DNA of 63,711 bases, the filler included, from Collodictyon triciliatum (Eukaryota), in the NCBI GenBank assembly GCA_043381765.1. It is 8 parts of 8 records of this genome, joined end to end, with 100 filler letters (N's around TTAATTAATTAA, not from the genome) between each part and the next. Parts side by side here need not be neighbours in the genome. Positions count along the whole stretch, not along the records: positions 52,966 to 62,278 come from JBHJMP010003073.1; positions 62,379 to 63,711 come from JBHJMP010003200.1; 6 more parts are not named here. One strand, written 5' to 3'. Each line of letters starts with the position of its first letter. Positions within the stretch are counted from its first letter, which is position 1. A model generated the notes under the pieces. It worked only from the letters and a program-made list of their open reading frames with translations, made no database searches and had not been told where the DNA came from. The position numbers were made by a program, and so were the translations under genes. Of this stretch, positions 58,056 to 63,711 are shown in pieces.

Positions 58056-59537
58056 TCAAGAACACGCAGCTTCGATGGAAGAGGAAGCAAATGCCAGCTT
58101 CTTCTTGATTTTCAGAATGTAGATGTCTTGTTCATGCGCATCGCTGGCTTCAAAAGGAATAATGGCAGCACTCAGACCCCAATAATCGAGGTGAGAATCA
58201 ATCGTCCAGTTTTCGCTGATGAGTTTTTAACAAACCCCTCGTAAATGAATGATACTCCAACATGGCAGATGGATTGAATAAATAAATTATAATCGCTATT
58301 GGCTTGTGCTGGTAGTCAAGTCTGAGAAGAATATCTGGTCTCTGTGTTTTGTGTGGCACTCACTTGCGCTGCTGGTAAGAGGTCCAGAACTCTGCCGATG
58401 CTGATTTATCCAGTAGATATGCGACTGTCTCCATCAAGTCTGCAAATACTGACACGACAAGATATAACGAATCAATAAAAAAAAAATTCATCGCATCTTC
58501 TTTTTGTTTTATAAATAATTATGTGTGAGATTTCTTTTTATTGATACAGATTTGCTATTTTACCTGACTCATCGAAGAGTACATCTGCCCCAATGATGAA
58601 ATCAAAAGCTGGTAGGGTGACAATCTATGATAGTTTTTTTTTATAGTTAGTATTTCCTCTTAATTTCTTCTTTTTGAAATGAGAACGTCGTGAACATCAA
58701 AAGTTTCTTGTTAATCTATGCTTGCACTCCGTAATTTTATAATTGAAGTTTTTTTTTTCTTTGTCTCGATTCATCTCTTGATGATTTATTAACTGCCACT
58801 AATAGCGCGATAATCATAACCGATAAACAACTCACCTCTGCGTTATAGCTACCCCATTCCAAAGCTTGTATGCGACAGATGTCCTCAACATCATTGATGC
58901 GCACGTTTCTCTGTTTGTGTATCGGTTTAGCTCTCTATTTCCCCACCAAACAGACCATACAACCGACAAAGAAAAAGAAAAATAAACCCTGTTGCATATT
59001 TACCTTCATTCTATGCAACAAATCCTTTGGTTCCTTCTTATCCGTCAAAACTACAAGACCGCATCCAATCTTTGCAGCAACTATCCCAACCAACCCTGTT
59101 CCAGCGCCCAACTCACACACTTTCTTACCAATTAGATGTCTTTTCATCCAGACACAGTATTCTGCAAGAACTTTTGCGCCAGCCCACGTGTGGCCCCCGT
59201 ACTCAACCGAACCCTCCTAACAAAGCACAGACGAGTTTATCGCGGGTCAGACTCCTCGGTGCCAAGTGACGATGGTTAGAAAGATAGAGTTGGTTGACTC
59301 ATTTGTCTCTCACAAGTCTGCTGTTCGGTCCGCTCTCAAACATGTTTTCCTGTCTAAATGGACTCAAGTTCCAGCGGGAGGAGCGTAGTTTGTACAGTCG
59401 CGAGATTAGGAGTGACATACCTCAAAGAGAACAACGCTGATTTCCTCAGCTCCTGTCCTTGAGTCGAGCTTTGCTGCCAAGCGTCTTTTTTGTCTTGGAG
59501 GTGCAAAAGTGTATATCTTTTGAAAGCTGCTGGCCAT
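58056..59537 (-). CDS. Family-16 protein methyltransferase, METTL23-like
   Basis: YGGHTWAGAKVLAEY, GKKVCELGAGTG, VVLTD, RNVRIN, ALEWG, FDFIIGADVLFD and FWTSYQQRSENWTIDSHLDYWGL (METTL23-type YQxRSxxW). Confidence 0.85.
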
Positions 59538-59761
59538 CTCTGCTGCGTTCTGGTAAGTCGGACTATGCACAGGCGTTTTTAGAAAAAGAAGAAACTACTT
59601 GCTTTGTCATATGGGTGGCATCACTGAACGCGTTATGACGTGCGCGCCCGTTAAACTTGAAGCTGCTCGAGTGGCGTCCGTCACCCAAACAGCCGGAGAG
59701 CTTTGGAAAAAAGCAGTGGGGAGACTCCGAAAAAAACAAAAACAAAAAACAAAACCAAAAC

Positions 59762-59798
<37 letters not shown>

Positions 59799-59899
59799 AA
59801 AAAAAAAAAAAAAAAAAAAAAACAAAACAAAAAAAAAAAAAAAAAAAGAGAAAAAAAACAGAGAGGCTAGAGGAAACGCGTTTAGAGGTGACGAAAGCC

Positions 59900-62150
59900 C
59901 TGCCTGACTTGAAGTAAACTGACACTACCTGAGACAAGTCTCATTCATAAAGAGGCGAACAATTACACAACCACATGTAACGGGAGCCACGAATAGAGCG
60001 ACAGAAGGATGTGGGGAATCATCCAAATGGTATTTTACAAGAAACACTTACCTCTTCTAAAAAGAGTGAGTATATGACCCACGGCAATCCAGCCAATAGC
60101 ACGCATGGGTAACATCTGCTAACGACTGACAGATATCCTGACCGCATAACCTCGAAGACTGTTGGGGATAGATAGAATAATATCATTAGTCGGATGGGAA
60201 TTAGGAAAGTAACATAGCAAGCCAGGGAGCAAACCTCTTTCATCAGAGCAATCATCGACACAATAGCTGGCTCTTTGCACCACAGCCTGATATACATGTA
60301 GTTTTGACTCAATAGGTCGTGAATATCTTCCAAACAAATCGATTAACTTCTAAGCACATTCCCAGAGATTAGATTTATGAAGATCGCGTTAATAAGTGGA
60401 AGCTGAATAAAATCATCAAGGAAAAATGCCAGAAAAAGCTTAAGCGAGACAAGGCACGTTACAAGGCGACAGCTCATCATATCTACTTTTTCATCCTGAT
60501 TATGGAGCCCATCACAAGAAAACTAAAATCACAAGAGGTACCCCAAATCATCATCAACTGTGAACACAACGAAAAGAAACGAAATCTCCTGTTAGTCAAG
60601 GACAGGCGTTATATGCAGCATGCAAAGGGCTGCTAGGGACAATACTAGAAATAATAGTAAGTGAACTAAAGAGAATATTGCTGATAAAAAAGGAAAACAG
60701 CAACCTCCTACCAGAAAGACTCGTCATGTCCCAGAGATTGGAAAAGATGGGTCCTATAGAACCAAGGGATACAGGAAGACCAAGAAAAGCAAGTGTGAAA
60801 GACAATAAAGACATAAAGGTAAAAGTGTGTATAAAAAGTAAGACACTAGCATCACACCTGTCCCGAGCGCCAAACACATCAATCAAGCAATCTACGCAGT
60901 TTCTTTCAAGTATTATGTCAATTTATTCGGCTTGTCAGCATTATTATAGATTTTTCGGTGAGATGGGCTTCAAAATAAGACATTTCGCGGAAAGCGAGAA
61001 AGTACACTTGAAAGCTGCAAGCATATAAATATTCTACCACCCAGAAATGAAAAATAAATAAGATTTGCCGGCGTTAATCACGGAGCTGTAAAAACTGCCC
61101 ATAAAACTTTACCGCTACTTGAGTGACATACCAACGAACCCTAGGAAAACTATTGTCCTCGTAATGAAGAAAAGATATTCCCGACTTCCCCAATTGAGGA
61201 AATATCTTCAGCTAAATGCATTATGCTACACTTTGAGGAAATTAGTAACAAAAGGTTACAAAATGCTCAAATACAACACCTTAAGAATAAACAAGAAAAC
61301 ACTTTATTCAATCTTTCGCAAACTGAAAGGATGATATAATTATTCACAAGAAATAATCATATAAATGGCTGACCGAAGGAGCCAGTTCCTTGATTTAAGA
61401 AACTACACACCTCGTCTCACAATACTGCTATATTTTCTTAAAATAATGTACACCTCATCGTAATATTTTGAAGTCACAAAGGAACATTATTCATCTAGCC
61501 GGAGCATGCACTCTCAACCTAAGACACTACACGAGATATGACAACAAAGTCACATAGCGTACTCACAAATCCCTCCCCTCAAACGCAACTTCTCGAAAAG
61601 AAAAGAAAAAAAAGGCTCAAGAGACGTTGAATTAGATAAAAATTGCAAATCAATACACCATGATGCGCTCTGGCTCTATCTTTAACCTGAAGCTCATACC
61701 TCGGCTAAAAGGCCTAACTCAGTCTATCATGATACAATGGGCGAACCTGTGCGCATAATCGATGTAGCGGTGGTGATGCTAAGAAACTATGCCAAAGAGG
61801 AAAAGAGAAAGGTTGAAGCGAGAGACCCCAGGTTTATAACTAACCAAAAAGAAAACACCACGCGAGAGCAGGGATACTCTTACGCGGTGTCTCTTTTGAC
61901 AGGGATGCCACGAAGAAGAACGCAGATGTCGGATGCACGTGAGGCATATCTGATAAACTAGATATGTTTATTCAAAGAGCAGTGAAAAAACTGAATTTGT
62001 ATTCATAATAACCAACAGCGAAAAGAAACAGACAAATGGGAAAAGTGAGGCATAATCGTCAACGAAGCACCCACACAAGAAACCAAAGCCGTAAGCGAAG
62101 AACTTCCCCGGCTCCCAGAAGATTATTTCTGGCCTGTACATTATTAATAA
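59900..62150 (+). mobile_element. Highly decayed RLE-type (R2/R4/CRE-like) non-LTR retrotransposon relic; boundaries approximate
   Basis: Intronless, A-rich plus strand with many stops. About 61447-61550 reads C....NIIHLAGACTLNLRHYTRYDNKV (CCHC plus RHN-like), followed at about 61705-61830 by KRPN..IIDVAVV...AKEEKRK (RPD..D..K restriction-like endonuclease pattern). Confidence 0.55.
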
Positions 62151-62278
62151 TTAAAAGATACAGTCCCACAAGAACAGAATACAATAATAACACCTTTTTT
62201 TTTTTTTTTTTTTAATGCAAAAAAAAAAAAAAAATATCCGAATATTAAAACAAACGGAAAGGAAGGAGGGAAGGGGCG

Positions 62279-62378
62279 NNNNNNNNNNNNNNNNNNNNNN
62301 NNNNNNNNNNNNNNNNNNNNNNTTAATTAATTAANNNNNNNNNNNNNNNNNNNNNNNNNNNNNNNNNNNNNNNNNNNN
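62279..62378. other. Artificial contig spacer
   Basis: N44-TTAATTAATTAA-N44. Confidence 0.97.
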
Positions 62379-62404
62379 AAAAAAAAAAAAAAAAAAAAAA
62401 AAAA

Positions 62405-62452
<48 letters not shown>

Positions 62453-62495
62453 TTCAAAAGGTGACATAAATTAAACTAACCAACAAGATTTTCAG

Positions 62496-63202
62496 GCTCT
62501 TTCTGGAGGACTGTTTCCAGTTTCAGCAGCCTTAGCTCGAGACGAAATCATGCTATGCATTCGCCCAGGAGAGCATGGCTCCACCTATGGCGGAAACCCT
62601 CTTGGCTGTACCGTGGCGATGGCAGCTTTGGATGTACTTCGAGATGTAGGCACATATATATCCTTTTTTACTTGCCTCTCTTTAACAAGATAATATAAGG
62701 TATCATTACGATAAATTTCTTCCATTTTCTCCGTTGTGCTAGTTGACTTCATATTAATATAAACATTTGATCATTTTTTTATTTTATAATTCACAATCAC
62801 CATGAATAAGGAAAAACTTGCCGAAAATGCTGAGAGACTTGGGCAAGTCTTCAGGGATGAAATGAACAAAATCCAACACCCGATGTTCCAGCTTGTTCGC
62901 GGACGAGGATTGTTGAATGCTGTGATCATTAACGAATATAAGGTTCGGTTCATTATGCTTGCATGGCAACGATGCCCATCCAAACCCAAAACGTGCTTCA
63001 TGCTTTTCATATCGTAACCTTCGTTTTCTACAAACACCAGGGCCAAACAGCCTGGGAAGTTTGTCTCAAATTAGCAGAGAATGGATTGTTAGCTAAACCC
63101 ACACATGGAGATATCATTCGTTTTGCGCCCCCTCTTGTCATTACTGAGCCACAGCTGCACGAGTGCATCGACATAATCAAAAAGACAATCACTTCATTCT
63201 AG
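62496..63202 (+). CDS. OAT: Ornithine aminotransferase, 3' three exons
   Basis: [76 protein letters not shown]. Confidence 0.95.
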
Positions 63203-63358
63203 ATTATTTTTTTTTGAAGTTGCTTTTCATATTTCACCATCGGGTTGCTGCCGATCTTATCTGCGACAACTCATGTGAGTCAATACAACTGGTGAAATAA
63301 ACGTTTTAAAGATGATGAATATGTACAGATGAGTGGGTATGAATTATGTGCTCACATA

Positions 63359-63695
63359 CTATAGTATAATCTGGGATGCAATAATTTCTCTGTGGGTATG
63401 GCTTGTTTTGTGATGTGCAAGAGAATCAAACGCCTCTGCAGGCCAAGTTACACAGAGAAGAGCAGGATTTTTGAAGTTGAGTGGGGCAATCGAACAGTAG
63501 GCTATAGAATCTCCAAATTCATGAAAACCAGAGAATCTCGGCATCCTATCTTACGATGATGAACAAATAATAATATAACGGCAGTCTTGTGGAACTTTGG
63601 CAAATTACCCCCTCAACCTTGCTTCATTATACTTTTCAGCCCTTTCTATCGGATATTTATTGGATGTGAATCTGCTTTGATATGACCTTTCAATT
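63359..63695 (-). CDS. 3' end of unidentified gene convergent with OAT
   Basis: Two in-frame exons (..ERAEKYNEARLRG / MPRFSGFHEFGDSIAYCS...IIL*) joined by a GT-AG intron. Confidence 0.45.
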
Positions 63696-63711
63696 CTGGG
63701 TTTTCACCGGC

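Overview
This is AT-rich, intron-dense eukaryotic DNA, probably from a flagellated protist, using the standard genetic code and mostly GT-AG introns. It is not one locus: about eight contigs are joined by artificial N44-TTAATTAATTAA-N44 spacers, and there is one plain N gap. Identifiable genes are an AN1 zinc-finger protein, a class-2 DYRK kinase, a BIG/Sec7 ARF-GEF, two tandem stand-alone PLOD-type glycosyltransferases, a WSCD-like sulfotransferase, a SHIP-like inositol 5-phosphatase, an eIF2-alpha kinase, a Rab2-like GTPase, cytochrome b5, a CXorf65/C22orf15-like protein, a pseudokinase-SAM protein, an EF-hand protein, a METTL23-like methyltransferase and ornithine aminotransferase. Many L1/Tx1-like non-LTR fragments are present, including internally deleted ORF1-only copies and a 41-bp insertion with a perfect 17-bp target-site duplication (TSD). 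There is also a relic of an RLE-type non-LTR element. The most striking object is an NLR-like STAND gene at 44027-52520 with the architecture CH - DUF4062 - NACHT-like P-loop - TPR - pentapeptide - WD40 - Sel1. Its TPRs are each encoded by a symmetric phase-2 exon (five of 126 nt, one of 123 nt), and its pentapeptide/WD40 module with HET-E-like variable positions sits in one 2.2-kb intronless exon. All calls come from manual reading and motif recognition; no database searches were run.
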